DNA of 64,000 bases from Gammaproteobacteria bacterium (GCA_028068195.1 JAPTTX010000086.1:5407-69406), one strand, 5' to 3'; shown: positions 1 through 9,452, counted from the first letter of the stretch. Notes: generated by a model from the sequence alone, not told the origin. Made by a program: numbers and translations.

Positions 1-55
1 AGCGTCGCGTGCATGGTAGTCAGCCGGATTGAATGTCGGACCGTAGCAAATGGTA

Positions 56-1483
56 TTACGGAACGAGGCGTTGCATCCAGCGCACCAGGCGCCGGGTTGC
101 CGGCCGGAAAAGCTTCGGCGTATAGGCCGTATTGGCGGCGCGACGGTGGATCTGGGCAAGCGTCGGATAGGCATGGATGGTGGCGGAGATGTCGGCAGGA
201 CCGGCCCCGACTTTCATGGCGAGCGCGATCTCATGCAGCAGCTCGCCCGCGTGCGCTCCGAGCAGGGACGCGCCCAAAATCCGGCCGCGGCGCGTGATGA
301 GCTTCACCAGTCCTTCCGGCTGCGCGTCGGTTACCGCCCGGTCGATGTCCCGGAACGGAAACCGGAGTACCGTCGGCTCGAGCCCCTGGTCGCGTGCTTC
401 CGCTTCGGTCAGACCGACCTGCGCGAGCTCCGGATCACTATAGGTCACCCGCGGCACCACGCGATAATCGGCCTTTTTCGGGAAACGGAACACGGCATTG
501 GCGATCACGATGCCGGCCTGGTACTCGGCCATATGCGTGAACGGATGAGGTCCGCACACATCGCCGCAGGCAAATATGTGCCGCTGTGACGTGCGCATGC
601 GTGCGTCGACCTGGATGCCCTGCTCCGTGTACGCGACACCGGCAGCGTCGAGTCCGAGTCCCTGCACTTCCGGACACTGGCCTGCGGCAACCAGGATGGC
701 ATCGGCCGGAAACTGCAGCTCTTCCCTCCCGGTCCCGATCACCGCGGTCACCACCCGGGATTCGCCATCGCGCCGTACCCGCGATACCGTGGTGGCCGTG
801 TGGATCGCAACACCTTCCGCGGCAAGCAACTCCTGCAGGGCAGCGCCCAGCTCGGGGTCCTCGCGCGGCAGTATCCCGGAGAGGCGTTCGAGGACGGTGA
901 CCCGGCTGCCGAGCCGGGCAAAGGCCTGGGCCATCTCAATGCCGATGGGTCCTGCACCCAGCACCAGCAGACGCGACGGCAGGTTGCGCTGGGAAAAAAG
1001 CGCCCGGTGGGTCAGAAAACCTGCCTCGGCCAATCCCTCCACGGGCGGGATCAGGGCGCGTGAACCGGTGGCAATGACGAAACGTCGTCCGCGCACCAGG
1101 CGTCCATCGACCCGCACGGTCCCGGGGTCGACAAACTCCGCGGCACCGAACAGCACTTCGCATCCGTAACCGCGGAAACGATCCGGGTCGTCGTGCAGCT
1201 GGATACGGTCGATGACCCCGCGGACATAATCGGCGATGCGACCGAGATCCACTGCCGCGGGCACCGGTCCGGCACCGAATTCCGCCGCCCGCCGCGCGGT
1301 TGCCACCATGCGGGCGGCGTGAATCAAAGCCTTGCTCGGAACACAGCCATAATGCAGACAGTCGCCGCCCAGCGCCGGTTCCTTTTCGATCAGCGTCACA
1401 TCAAGGCCGAGCTGCGACGCAACACTGGCCACCACCAGCCCGCCAGCACCTCCGCCGATGATCACCAGGTCGCGTCGGGTCAT
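56..1483 (-). CDS. FAD/NAD(P)-dependent pyridine nucleotide-disulfide oxidoreductase (class I flavoprotein, dihydrolipoyl dehydrogenase / mercuric reductase-like)
   Basis: ORF 56..1723. It has the dinucleotide fold DLVIIGGGAGG, the redox disulfide GGDCLHYGCVPSK, a second fold LLVLGAGPIGIEMAQ and the C-terminal HAYPT dimerisation motif. Start moved to ATG 1481-1483 (MTRRDLVIIGGG), which overlaps the upstream stop as ATGA. Confidence 0.85.
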   Translation of the reverse strand: MTRRDLVIIGGGAGGLVVASVASQLGLDVTLIEKEPALGGDCLHYGCVPSKALIHAARMVATARRAAEFGAGPVPAAVDLGRIADYVRGVIDRIQLHDDPDRFRGYGCEVLFGAAEFVDPGTVRVDGRLVRGRRFVIATGSRALIPPVEGLAEAGFLTHRALFSQRNLPSRLLVLGAGPIGIEMAQAFARLGSRVTVLERLSGILPREDPELGAALQELLAAEGVAIHTATTVSRVRRDGESRVVTAVIGTGREELQFPADAILVAAGQCPEVQGLGLDAAGVAYTEQGIQVDARMRTSQRHIFACGDVCGPHPFTHMAEYQAGIVIANAVFRFPKKADYRVVPRVTYSDPELAQVGLTEAEARDQGLEPTVLRFPFRDIDRAVTDAQPEGLVKLITRRGRILGASLLGAHAGELLHEIALAMKVGAGPADISATIHAYPTLAQIHRRAANTAYTPKLFRPATRRLVRWMQRLVP

Positions 1484-2775
1484 GAGCTGCCGCCCCCGGC
1501 AGCCACAACCGTCAGCGGTATGAGTTTGCGGTAGACCACGTACGATACCAGTCCGTGATAGTGAAGTTGGGCACGGTGCGATGGATCCATGAGCCAGTAG
1601 CGTACCACCGCTTCCACGCTCGCCGGGCGGGGGCGGGAACGGATCGCAAACCGTATGCTGTAACGCCGTGGCTGCCCCGGCTGCAGACGCGTATCCCGCA
1701 GCTCGACGATGAACGGGCGCCACAGGATGTGGCGCTCCAGCCGGTGCGACTGCGACCGGAGTATGTGGCCAGCAGCGTCGAGCACCCGCAGATCCACGGT
1801 CAGATGGCGATCCGGGACACCGGTCGGAATGTCATGTTCTGCTCCGGTATCGGTGATCGTGAGCACGTAGCGTCGCTGCCCTGGAGCCGGCGCGGCGGCC
1901 GGCGCGAACGTGATCCGCAGCGCCGCCGCCACCATGCGCGGATCGTGCCCGCCGCGCCACAGATGGCGCCGCCCCGGCAGGACAGGTCCGCCGGGGACCA
2001 GCGGCCGGTCAACGGAGGGCATGTGACACTGCACGCAGCCCAGGGTTCCCGCCCCCCGCGCGGTCACTCCGGCACCATAGCCGTCCGCTCCGGGATACAC
2101 CGGAGCCGGCGGCTTCGGAATCTGCGGTGCGAGACCGGCCACCCGGGTGCCGGATGCGACACGTTTCTGGGTCGCGTGGATCTCGGCGACCGTGCCGCAC
2201 GGTGGCAACCGGTAGAACACGTCGCGGTGGCGGTTGTTCACGACATGACAGCGGACGCACGCCTCGTTGTCATTGCCCCAGCGCGCGACAGGGTGCGGCG
2301 CGTGGATCCCTGCGAAAGGTCCGTAGACGACCCCGTGGCGCACATGGCATGCGGCACAGCTGACGCCCTGGCGCTGGAGCGCGGGCTCGAACTGCGGGTT
2401 CGGGGCAAGTACCGGATCCCAGTGATCTGCACCATGAAATCCGAGAACCTTGAACTTCTGCTGGCGGTCGAGCGGTGTGTGGCAGTTCAGACAGATCTGC
2501 CTCGAGCCGTCGGCGCGGTAGTCTGTCTGAAAATAGGGATCCGTCCACGCATGGGCATGCATGCTGGTAGACCATTCCCGGTAAATGGCCGTGTGGCAGG
2601 TTCCGCATGCCGCTGCGCTCAGGCTGGCCAGCGGAGGAGGAACGCGCCTGGTCGACAGCGGATATTCAAAGCGCTTTGATACGGAAAAGATCTCCAGTGG
2701 CCGCACCAGCCGCCATCCCAGATATGAAAAGATCGCGATGCCCAAAACCGCGGCGATGATGGATTTTCGCCTCAT
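1480..2775 (-). CDS. membrane-anchored pentaheme c-type cytochrome
   Basis: N-terminal hydrophobic helix (IIAAVLGIAIFSYLGW). Five CXXCH motifs: CGTCH, CLNCH, CAACH, CVRCH, CVQCH. ATGA overlaps at both ends (2772-2775 and 1480-1483). Confidence 0.8.
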   Translation of the reverse strand: MRRKSIIAAVLGIAIFSYLGWRLVRPLEIFSVSKRFEYPLSTRRVPPPLASLSAAACGTCHTAIYREWSTSMHAHAWTDPYFQTDYRADGSRQICLNCHTPLDRQQKFKVLGFHGADHWDPVLAPNPQFEPALQRQGVSCAACHVRHGVVYGPFAGIHAPHPVARWGNDNEACVRCHVVNNRHRDVFYRLPPCGTVAEIHATQKRVASGTRVAGLAPQIPKPPAPVYPGADGYGAGVTARGAGTLGCVQCHMPSVDRPLVPGGPVLPGRRHLWRGGHDPRMVAAALRITFAPAAAPAPGQRRYVLTITDTGAEHDIPTGVPDRHLTVDLRVLDAAGHILRSQSHRLERHILWRPFIVELRDTRLQPGQPRRYSIRFAIRSRPRPASVEAVVRYWLMDPSHRAQLHYHGLVSYVVYRKLIPLTVVAAGGGSS

Positions 2776-3569
2776 GAATGCCCTTCGGGCACGGCCACTG
2801 CCGCCCTGGAGAGGGCGGTGGCGGCCGGATACGGGGCGGCTGTAACCGCGTGGGCCACCGCTTCTCCGCTACGGTAGATGCGCAGCTCGCCCGGCGCAAA
2901 CGGAGTCCATGCGTCCGTCTCGTCCAGCGGTTCGGTCGCGACCAGCGCCACCTTTACGCTGCCTGTCCGCGGCTCCAGGTGATGCAGGCGGTCATGGCCG
3001 TAGGCAACCAGGTAATCGCCATCGGACATCAGGAAATTGAACTTGCCGTGTGCGGCAATGGCGGCGGCAGCACTGGCCACGTCCTCGAACCAGTTGGATC
3101 CGCTGCGCGCGATGCCCGGCCGGAAATGTGCCGCAATGTATTCCAGCAGATAACAGAATGCATACTCGGAATCGGTTTCTCCCTGCGGGTGGCACGCGCC
3201 ATGCAGACGCGTGTCCGGACCCTGCATGATTGCCGGCACGAGACCATTATGCGCGAACACCCATTCCCGGCCGCAGCAGAGCCGGATGAACGGGTGGGTG
3301 TTATCAAGGCTGTTGACGCGCGGATGCCTGGCATGGCGCACGTGTCCCAGGATCAGTGGTGAATCAACCGTGCCGCACAGCGCGCCGAACTCCGCGCTGT
3401 ACGCACCGGCCGTCGGCGCCTTGCGCAGACGGAACACGCCATACTCAAGATACGCGAGACCCCAGCCGTCCGAATTATCTGCGGCCTTTCCGCCGCGTTC
3501 TCGGAACCGGTACATCCATGATTCCGCTTTATAGGGGCGATGCGCGCTCATCCCGAATAATTCACACAT
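2772..3569 (-). CDS. class II (Ntn-type) glutamine amidotransferase, YafJ-like
   Basis: N-terminus MCELFGMS (catalytic Cys2), then DGWGLAY and HVRHA..NTHPF..WVFAHNG. Start set at the Met-Cys codon pair (3569) rather than the ORF-track start 3599. Confidence 0.8.
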   Translation of the reverse strand: MCELFGMSAHRPYKAESWMYRFRERGGKAADNSDGWGLAYLEYGVFRLRKAPTAGAYSAEFGALCGTVDSPLILGHVRHARHPRVNSLDNTHPFIRLCCGREWVFAHNGLVPAIMQGPDTRLHGACHPQGETDSEYAFCYLLEYIAAHFRPGIARSGSNWFEDVASAAAAIAAHGKFNFLMSDGDYLVAYGHDRLHHLEPRTGSVKVALVATEPLDETDAWTPFAPGELRIYRSGEAVAHAVTAAPYPAATALSRAAVAVPEGHS

Positions 3570-3711
3570 GTCCGTCTCCCAACCTGCTCCGCCGAACAAT
3601 CACCCCGGCAACAGGCGCCCGCCGCACGGACGGTTGCGTCAACCGGTCCGGCACAGCGGTCTTGCCTTGTTGTTACGTTCTGCACGCAAAATACCGGGCC
3701 CCGTGCAGGAC

Positions 3712-4704
3712 TTACTTTTCCGTCGCGAACCCTCCGCGCTCCCATCCCACCATGCCGTCATGCACCAGCAGCACCTGCCTGAACCCGGCATCACGCAGCA
3801 GCGTTGCGGCCTGTGTGGACATCCGGTTGGTACGGCAGACCACGGCGAGCGGCCGCTCGCGATAGGATTCGAGTTCCACCATCCGTCCCGGCAGCTCCCC
3901 GAGAGGAATGTTTCTGGCGCCGGGAATGTGTCCAGCAAGGCCGGAATAGTCCGCAGGCGCGCGCACATCGAGCACGAGCACATCCTTCCGCTCGTCCAGC
4001 CTCTGCCTTAAGTCCGCCGCGGAAAGCGCGGTGCCGGACGGGGCGGAGCGGATGCGCCGGACAAGCCGCGGCAGAAGCGCAACCGCGGCGAGCAATGCGA
4101 GCGCGATCAGCCCTTTTTGGATCAGGCCGGCCCCGCCCGCTGCCGCCTCGCGCCCGGCATATCCGAGATAGGTGTAGGCAAGGGCGCCTGGTAGCATGGT
4201 GAGATAGGAAACCAGCACGAACCGGGAGATCCGGATGTGCGTCAGTCCAAGCGCATAGTTGAGCAGATTAAACGGGAACAGCGGCACCAACCGCACAAAC
4301 GCGATGAACCGCCAGTCTTCCCGCTCCACGCCTTCGACCATCTGCCGGGCCCGTCCGCCGGTGCGGGCACGCACCCAGTCCGATGCGAGATGACGGGCAA
4401 TGAAAAATGCCGCGGTCGCGCCGAGCGTGGCTCCGGTAAGGTTGTAGAACGTACCGGCGACAGGACCGAACAGCGCACCACCAGCCAGGGTCAGAACCGA
4501 ACCCGGAACAAACAGCACGGTAGCCAGTGCATAGATCGCCATGAACGCGGCCGGTGCCCACGGCCCGGCGGAATGCACCGCCCGCTCCAGGGTCCCGACG
4601 TCGAGCGCGCTGCGGTGCACGTAAGCCCAGCCGATCGCCACGCCGAGCACCGCGATCGCGCCGATCCGCACCCAATGTGCGCGCGTCACGGGTGCGTCTC
4701 CCAC
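3712..4704 (-). CDS. TVP38/TMEM64 (DedA-related) membrane protein fused to a C-terminal rhodanese domain
   Basis: Polytopic N-terminal part with WRFIAFVRLVPLFPFNLLNYALGLT. The C-terminal part reads LDVRAPADYSGLAGHIPGARNIPL...VVCRTNRMS (rhodanese fold with active-site Cys loop). GTG start at 4704. Confidence 0.8.
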   Translation of the reverse strand: MGDAPVTRAHWVRIGAIAVLGVAIGWAYVHRSALDVGTLERAVHSAGPWAPAAFMAIYALATVLFVPGSVLTLAGGALFGPVAGTFYNLTGATLGATAAFFIARHLASDWVRARTGGRARQMVEGVEREDWRFIAFVRLVPLFPFNLLNYALGLTHIRISRFVLVSYLTMLPGALAYTYLGYAGREAAAGGAGLIQKGLIALALLAAVALLPRLVRRIRSAPSGTALSAADLRQRLDERKDVLVLDVRAPADYSGLAGHIPGARNIPLGELPGRMVELESYRERPLAVVCRTNRMSTQAATLLRDAGFRQVLLVHDGMVGWERGGFATEK

Positions 4705-5543
4705 TGCCGGCGGTTGATGGCGTAGTCCGTGATCCGCCCGCGGAAAGGCATGGCCAGCATGCCCGGAAGCCAGGCGCAGGCCCTGCCATCACGAAACGTG
4801 CGGATGCCGATGAGCATGGTCTCGTGACTGCTGCGTGGCTGCGGCCGGTAAGTGCCGAACAGCCGGTCCCACCACGGCAGGTTGAAGCCGAAGTTGCTGT
4901 TGGTTTCATCATCCTCGACAGAGTGATGGACACGATGCATGTCGGGCGTCACCACCAACAAGCGCAGCACCCGGTCGAGCCGGGCTGGAAGACGGACGTT
5001 GCCATGATTGAACATCGACGTCGCATTCAGCAGCACCTCGAAGATCACTACCGCGGCCACCGGCGGACCGAGTATGACAATGGCGGCAAACTTGATGAGC
5101 ATCGACAGCAGGATTTCGATGGTGTGGAACCGGGCTCCGGTCGTGACATCGAAATCCAGGTCCGCGTGATGCACACGGTGCAGACGCCACAGCACGGGCA
5201 CGGCATGCACCATGACGTGCTGGAGATAGATCACGAGATCCAGGATTACCACGGAGGTGACGATCGCAACGGCCCCGGGCAGACTGTAATAGTTGAAGAA
5301 TCCCCAGCCCCGGGCCACGGCAAACGCGGCCATGCCGACAGCGGCAGCAGGAAAGACCAGGCGCAGCACCACGGTATTGAGCACGACAATGCCCAGGTTA
5401 TTGGTCCAGCGCACGGCCCGGGACAGCGCCAGGGCCCGTCTGGGAGCCATCACCTCCCAGATCGCCATGATCGCGAAAATACCGACAAAACAGCTTAGGC
5501 GGATCGACACCTCATGACTCATCACGAACCGGCTGACAATCAT
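4686..5543 (-). CDS. fatty acid hydroxylase / sterol desaturase family membrane di-iron enzyme
   Basis: Histidine boxes HRVHHADLDFD and HRVHHS, plus HVMVH, set in a multi-TM protein. Confidence 0.8.
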   Translation of the reverse strand: MIVSRFVMSHEVSIRLSCFVGIFAIMAIWEVMAPRRALALSRAVRWTNNLGIVVLNTVVLRLVFPAAAVGMAAFAVARGWGFFNYYSLPGAVAIVTSVVILDLVIYLQHVMVHAVPVLWRLHRVHHADLDFDVTTGARFHTIEILLSMLIKFAAIVILGPPVAAVVIFEVLLNATSMFNHGNVRLPARLDRVLRLLVVTPDMHRVHHSVEDDETNSNFGFNLPWWDRLFGTYRPQPRSSHETMLIGIRTFRDGRACAWLPGMLAMPFRGRITDYAINRRQWETHP

Positions 5544-5618
5544 GTTTGCTCCGCGCGACGTTTTGCTCTAATATTTAAACGATCATGAGAGTATTTGAGT
5601 AGTAGGAGGTTGTCAAGC

Positions 5619-6278
5619 ATGGCTTTCAAACAGGATCTGTTTACCCAGCTGGCGCGCATCGGTCAGGCTCTGGGCAGCGGCACGCGCCTGGAACTGATCG
5701 AATTTCTGGCTCAGGGCGAGCGAAGCGTGGATGCGCTGGCCAAGGCAGCGGGACTTTCCCTGGCCAATGCTTCCCATCACCTGCAGCAGCTGCGCCGCGC
5801 AGGACTGGTCGTCAATCGCAAGGAAGGGCTCTACGTGTACTACCGGCTCAGCGGCGAAGACGTCGTGGTGCTGCTCGCATCGGTGCGTCACGTGGGACAG
5901 CGCCATCTGGCGGAGGTCGATCAGCTGGTGCAGACTTTCCTGACGGTCAAGGATGCCCTTGAACCGGTGTCGCGCGAAGAGCTGCGTGAGCGGGTACGCC
6001 AGAGGATTGTGACCGTCCTCGATGTGCGCCCGCCGGAAGAATACGCCTCCGGCCACCTGCCCGGAGCCATCAATGTCCCGCTCGCTGAAATTGAAAAACA
6101 TCTCGGCCAATTCGATCCGCGCCAGGAAATCATTGCCTACTGCCGCGGGCCTCACTGCATTCTTGCATTTGAAGCGGTCAGCCGGCTGCGTGGCCACGGC
6201 CTTCAGTCCCGGCGCCTGGAGGACGGCTATCCCGAATGGCAGAGTGCCGGCCTGCCGGTGGAAACCGGGTCGCGCTGA
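5619..6278 (+). CDS. ArsR/SmtB-family transcriptional regulator fused to a rhodanese domain
   Basis: wHTH region ELIEFLAQGERSVDALAKAAGLSLANASHHLQQLRRAGLV. C-terminal VLDVRPPEEYASGHLPGAINVPL...IIAYCRGPHC (rhodanese with Cys loop). Start placed at ATG 5619, 8 nt after AGGAGG (5605-5610). Confidence 0.85.
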   Translation: MAFKQDLFTQLARIGQALGSGTRLELIEFLAQGERSVDALAKAAGLSLANASHHLQQLRRAGLVVNRKEGLYVYYRLSGEDVVVLLASVRHVGQRHLAEVDQLVQTFLTVKDALEPVSREELRERVRQRIVTVLDVRPPEEYASGHLPGAINVPLAEIEKHLGQFDPRQEIIAYCRGPHCILAFEAVSRLRGHGLQSRRLEDGYPEWQSAGLPVETGSR

Positions 6279-6523
6279 CCGCAGCCCGTTGAAGCAGCAA
6301 GGAATGTCCGGATCCCGGGGCACGGCGGATCGCGATCTGTTCGCCTCCCGCCAGGTGTGGTAATCCGGTCACACGGCACGACAACCCGCCCGGCGGCACC
6401 CTCCCGGTTCCCGAAGCGGGGGAACAATGAAATTCATATCGCCCGCGAATCCAAACGCCCGGTTTGCACCTCTTAGTCTTGCGCGGTGCCACACCGGCCC
6501 CGCCATCGCCAAGGAGACGCGTA

Positions 6524-6760
6524 ATGATCTACGTGAAAAACCTGCCTGCCTGGGAACGTCTGATGCGTCTTGCGGCCGGGGTTGCTGTGGGGGTTGCCGG
6601 CCTGCGGGTGGGCGGAGGATTCTATAAGGAAGCCGGACTTTTCCTGTTGGGCGGCGGACTGGCGCTGACAGCGGTCCTCGGATTCTGTCCAGCCTGTGTG
6701 CTCGCCGGGCGCAGGCTGAAGCGGCGCGCTGAGCCACCCTCTCCGACCACCGGCCGATGA
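6524..6760 (+). CDS. DUF2892 (YgaP C-terminal-like) small membrane protein
   Basis: MIYVKNLPAWERLMRLAAGVAVGVAG...GFCPACVLAG, a two-TM hairpin. AAGGAG lies upstream of ATG 6524. The stop overlaps the sigma-factor start (ATGA at 6757-6760). Confidence 0.7.
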   Translation: MIYVKNLPAWERLMRLAAGVAVGVAGLRVGGGFYKEAGLFLLGGGLALTAVLGFCPACVLAGRRLKRRAEPPSPTTGR

Positions 6761-7275
6761 GCGGCCGGGTTTCCTTCGCCCCTCTCATTGACGCTGCCCG
6801 GGCAGGCACGCCCGGCGCGATCGATGAGCTCCTGCGGCGCTGCCAGCCGGATATCCGCCGCTATGCGTACCGGCACTGCCTCGTGAGCGACGTCGATGAC
6901 GCCGTGCAGGAGGCGCTCCTTATCGTGGCCCTCCGGTTGGTCTCCCTGCGGGCGGTCATGGCCTTCTCCGGTTGGCTCTTTGAGATCGTGCGGCGGGAAT
7001 GCCGGCGGCTGGAGCGCAAAGTCTTCGGGCTCGACCCCTGGGATGAAGAGAAAATGGACGCCTGGCTTGCGACCGCTCCAGACGAGACGGTGCGGCTCGA
7101 TCTCATCCATGCCTTGGAATCCCTGCCGGCGCCCTACCGCGAGGTGATTCTCCTGCGGGATTTTCATGAGCTGACCATCCGCGAGATTGCCACCCGGTTA
7201 CGCCTTACAACTCCGGCAGTCAAAAGCCGCATCCATCGGGCGAGGCGGCTTGTACGCGAATACCTGCTGAACTGA
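6757..7275 (+). CDS. ECF-type RNA polymerase sigma-70 family factor
   Basis: Region 2 (DDAVQEALLIVALRL) and region 4 (LPAPYREVILLRDFHELTIREIATRLRLTTPAVKSRIHRARRLVREYL). Confidence 0.85.
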   Translation: MSGRVSFAPLIDAARAGTPGAIDELLRRCQPDIRRYAYRHCLVSDVDDAVQEALLIVALRLVSLRAVMAFSGWLFEIVRRECRRLERKVFGLDPWDEEKMDAWLATAPDETVRLDLIHALESLPAPYREVILLRDFHELTIREIATRLRLTTPAVKSRIHRARRLVREYLLN

Positions 7276-7322
7276 ACGGTGCGGTCTGCGCCAATTCGAC
7301 GGCCCACGCCCAGGAGAATCCC

Positions 7323-7703
7323 ATGGCAAACTGGTTCCCACGATTTTTCGGGGGCAAAGGATCGGCTACGCTGGTCCATGCCCCGGGCCATGACATCGAG
7401 GTACGCTGCTCGGCGCGTGCCTGCCGGGCGCTCGCCCAGCGCGACCGACGCCTCGTCGTGGAGCTTGAGCTCGCATTTGCCTGCATGGTGCACAAGGAGG
7501 TGCGGTTCCATGAGGAACCAGTCGACCGAGAAGTTTTTGCGGTGTCCGAAAAACTTGGCTTGCTCGTCACGACCGTCATTCCAGACACCTGCGGTGCACC
7601 CAGCGCGAATACTTCAGTGAGGGTCTCGGCGCATCGATTCATGCCTAAGTGGGTTCGGATAGACCATGGCAGAGGTGGGTGGTCAGGGGAGTACGGCCTG
7701 TAG
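7323..7703 (+). CDS. hypothetical protein downstream of the ECF sigma factor (no TM segment and no zinc-finger anti-sigma motif seen)
   Basis: Strong SD (AGGAGA, 5-6 nt before ATG 7323). 126 aa with no recognisable motif. Confidence 0.55.
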   Translation: MANWFPRFFGGKGSATLVHAPGHDIEVRCSARACRALAQRDRRLVVELELAFACMVHKEVRFHEEPVDREVFAVSEKLGLLVTTVIPDTCGAPSANTSVRVSAHRFMPKWVRIDHGRGGWSGEYGL

Positions 7704-7782
7704 CCAATCTAGCGGCTAAGTATCAGCCCCTACCGATTATAGTGAGGCCGCCGCAATATTCCGCAATGGGATTGCCACCTGA

Positions 7783-8106
7783 TCAGCGGATCAGGTCCTT
7801 CCACTTGCTTCTGATGGTAGTCCAGATGCGTGCATCTGGTAGCGCGGGTTTGGATTTGACGATCGGCCTCCACTGTTTCGCGAGATCTGCGTTCAGATCG
7901 AGAAAGCGCCTCTGCTCCGGCGGAAGGTCGTGTTCCGCAAAGATGGCATCGACCGGACACTCAGCGACGCAGACCGCGCAGTCGATGCATTCAGCAGGAT
8001 CGATGACGAGGAAATTCGCGCCCTCGCGAAATGCGTCTACGGGACAGACATCGACGCAATCGGTATATTTGCACCGGATGCAGGCCTCGGTCACCACGTA
8101 AGTCAT
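7783..8106 (-). CDS. fdxA: 7Fe ferredoxin (Azotobacter FdxA type, [3Fe-4S][4Fe-4S])
   Basis: MTYVVTEACIRCKYTDCVDVCPVDAFREG...CIDCAVCVAECPVDAI. Start moved to 8106. Confidence 0.9.
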   Translation of the reverse strand: MTYVVTEACIRCKYTDCVDVCPVDAFREGANFLVIDPAECIDCAVCVAECPVDAIFAEHDLPPEQRRFLDLNADLAKQWRPIVKSKPALPDARIWTTIRSKWKDLIR

Positions 8107-8249
8107 GGCCGCCGCCCCTTGATGCTTGAACGGCACACACTCTTACCACTTCTCTTACGCATACGCGAATACCCCACTAACCCGGTCTTTAGACGCCAGC
8201 TCGCGCGCCAGAAGGGCCGGCGGCAAGAAAGCGGGAATTCCATGACACC

Positions 8250-8723
8250 TCACACACGTTCCGACTGCGACCCCGCCGACTTCCCTTTCGGCGACAGGCC
8301 GAGGGTCGCGGACAGGCCACGTTGCGGCTGCAGCAGGTCGGCCAGCGTGTATGCCTCCAGAAACCGGTAGAACGCCGCCTCGGCCTGACCTAGAATGCGT
8401 TGCGCGGCGCAGGCAGGGGCAATGCGGCACTGGGAACCTTCCCGCTTGAAACACTCAACGAGCGCGGAATCTGACTCACTTTCGCGCAGCACCTTGCCCA
8501 AGGACACCTCTCCGGGCGACACCTTCAGGCGCAAGCCGCCCCCCTTCCCGCGGCTGGTATCGACATATCCACTTGTCGCAAGCAGGTTCACCACCTTCGT
8601 TAAATGATTCCTTGAAATGCCATAGGCACTGGCGATCTGTTCGATGGTGACTCGCCTGCCCTGGCACAAGCCAAGATAGATCAGCACGCGCAAGGTGTAA
8701 TCCGAAAATACTGTCAGCCGCAT
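8250..8723 (-). CDS. nsrR: Rrf2-family NO-sensing repressor NsrR
   Basis: MRLTVFSDYTLRVLIYLG...ISRNHLTKVVNLL, plus a three-Cys cluster (ECFKREGSQCRIAPAC). Start at ATG 8723. Confidence 0.88.
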   Translation of the reverse strand: MRLTVFSDYTLRVLIYLGLCQGRRVTIEQIASAYGISRNHLTKVVNLLATSGYVDTSRGKGGGLRLKVSPGEVSLGKVLRESESDSALVECFKREGSQCRIAPACAAQRILGQAEAAFYRFLEAYTLADLLQPQRGLSATLGLSPKGKSAGSQSERV

Positions 8724-8757
8724 GCCTACGCTCCTACCTTGCAAAATTTGGCTTTTA

Positions 8758-8768
8758 AAGATGCATAT
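8758..8768. promoter_or_regulatory. candidate NsrR half-site AAGATGCATAT in the nsrR / DUF59 divergent intergenic region
   Basis: 10 of 11 match to the enterobacterial half-site AAGATGCATTT as I recall it. It sits in the 104-bp AT-rich divergent promoter region. Confidence 0.35.
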
Positions 8769-8827
8769 CAGATATTGATTATCGCATCGGACCGTGCTAT
8801 ATAAAAGTGGCATATAGGATATATATT

Positions 8828-9148
8828 ATGCCGGAAATCGGTGGTATTCAGGAAACCCTTCGAGACGCGCTGCGGGAGGTCATCGATCCCGAGGTGGGCA
8901 TGAATGTGGTGGATCTTGGCCTGATCTACGGGATCGAGGTCACGGAACACCGCGTGGATATTGTCATGACGATGACCACACCAGCCTGTCCCATGGGTTC
9001 TTACCTCACGGACCGTGTCAGGGATGTCGTACGGCAGAGCCTGTCGGACACTCGAAACATCGAGGTGGAATTGATCTGGGATCCACCGTGGGATCCCCAC
9101 ATGATGTCGGATCGCGCCAGAAGTTATTTCGGCTGGTTCGATGAGTAG
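8828..9148 (+). CDS. DUF59 / MIP18-family Fe-S assembly protein (SufT/PaaD-like)
   Basis: LRDALREVIDPEVGMNVVDLGLIY...MTMTTPACPMG...ELIWDPPWDP. Confidence 0.8.
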   Translation: MPEIGGIQETLRDALREVIDPEVGMNVVDLGLIYGIEVTEHRVDIVMTMTTPACPMGSYLTDRVRDVVRQSLSDTRNIEVELIWDPPWDPHMMSDRARSYFGWFDE

Positions 9149-9209
9149 CCCATGGCTCGTCGTCAATCAACACTTTACCTGCAACATTGTCTATATGAAG
9201 GAGTGGCCA

Positions 9210-9452
9210 ATGAACCAACCGGCAGTCAAATCGACAATCGATGTGAGAAGCATCCCTCCGCGCGAGCGGCATCCTCTAATTTTCGACACCTTTCTTCGTC
9301 TCGCTCCAGGAGAAAGTCTACTGCTGATCAACGATCACGACCCGAAGCCGCTCTATTACCAGTTCCGGGCGGAACATGCGGAAAGCTTCGACTGGATCTA
9401 TCTCGAGGAGGGACCTGACCGGTGGCAGGTGCGGATCGCCAAAGTGGCGTGA
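9210..9452 (+). CDS. DUF2249 domain protein
   Basis: IDVRSIPPRERHPLIFDTFLRLAPGESLLLINDHDPKPLYYQF...W..LEEGPDRWQVRI. AAGGAG lies 5 nt before ATG 9210. Confidence 0.75.
   Translation: MNQPAVKSTIDVRSIPPRERHPLIFDTFLRLAPGESLLLINDHDPKPLYYQFRAEHAESFDWIYLEEGPDRWQVRIAKVA

Noticed and set aside
1555-2679. 374-aa plus-strand ORF
   Set aside because: It is antisense to the pentaheme cytochrome gene, which has five CXXCH motifs in its own frame.
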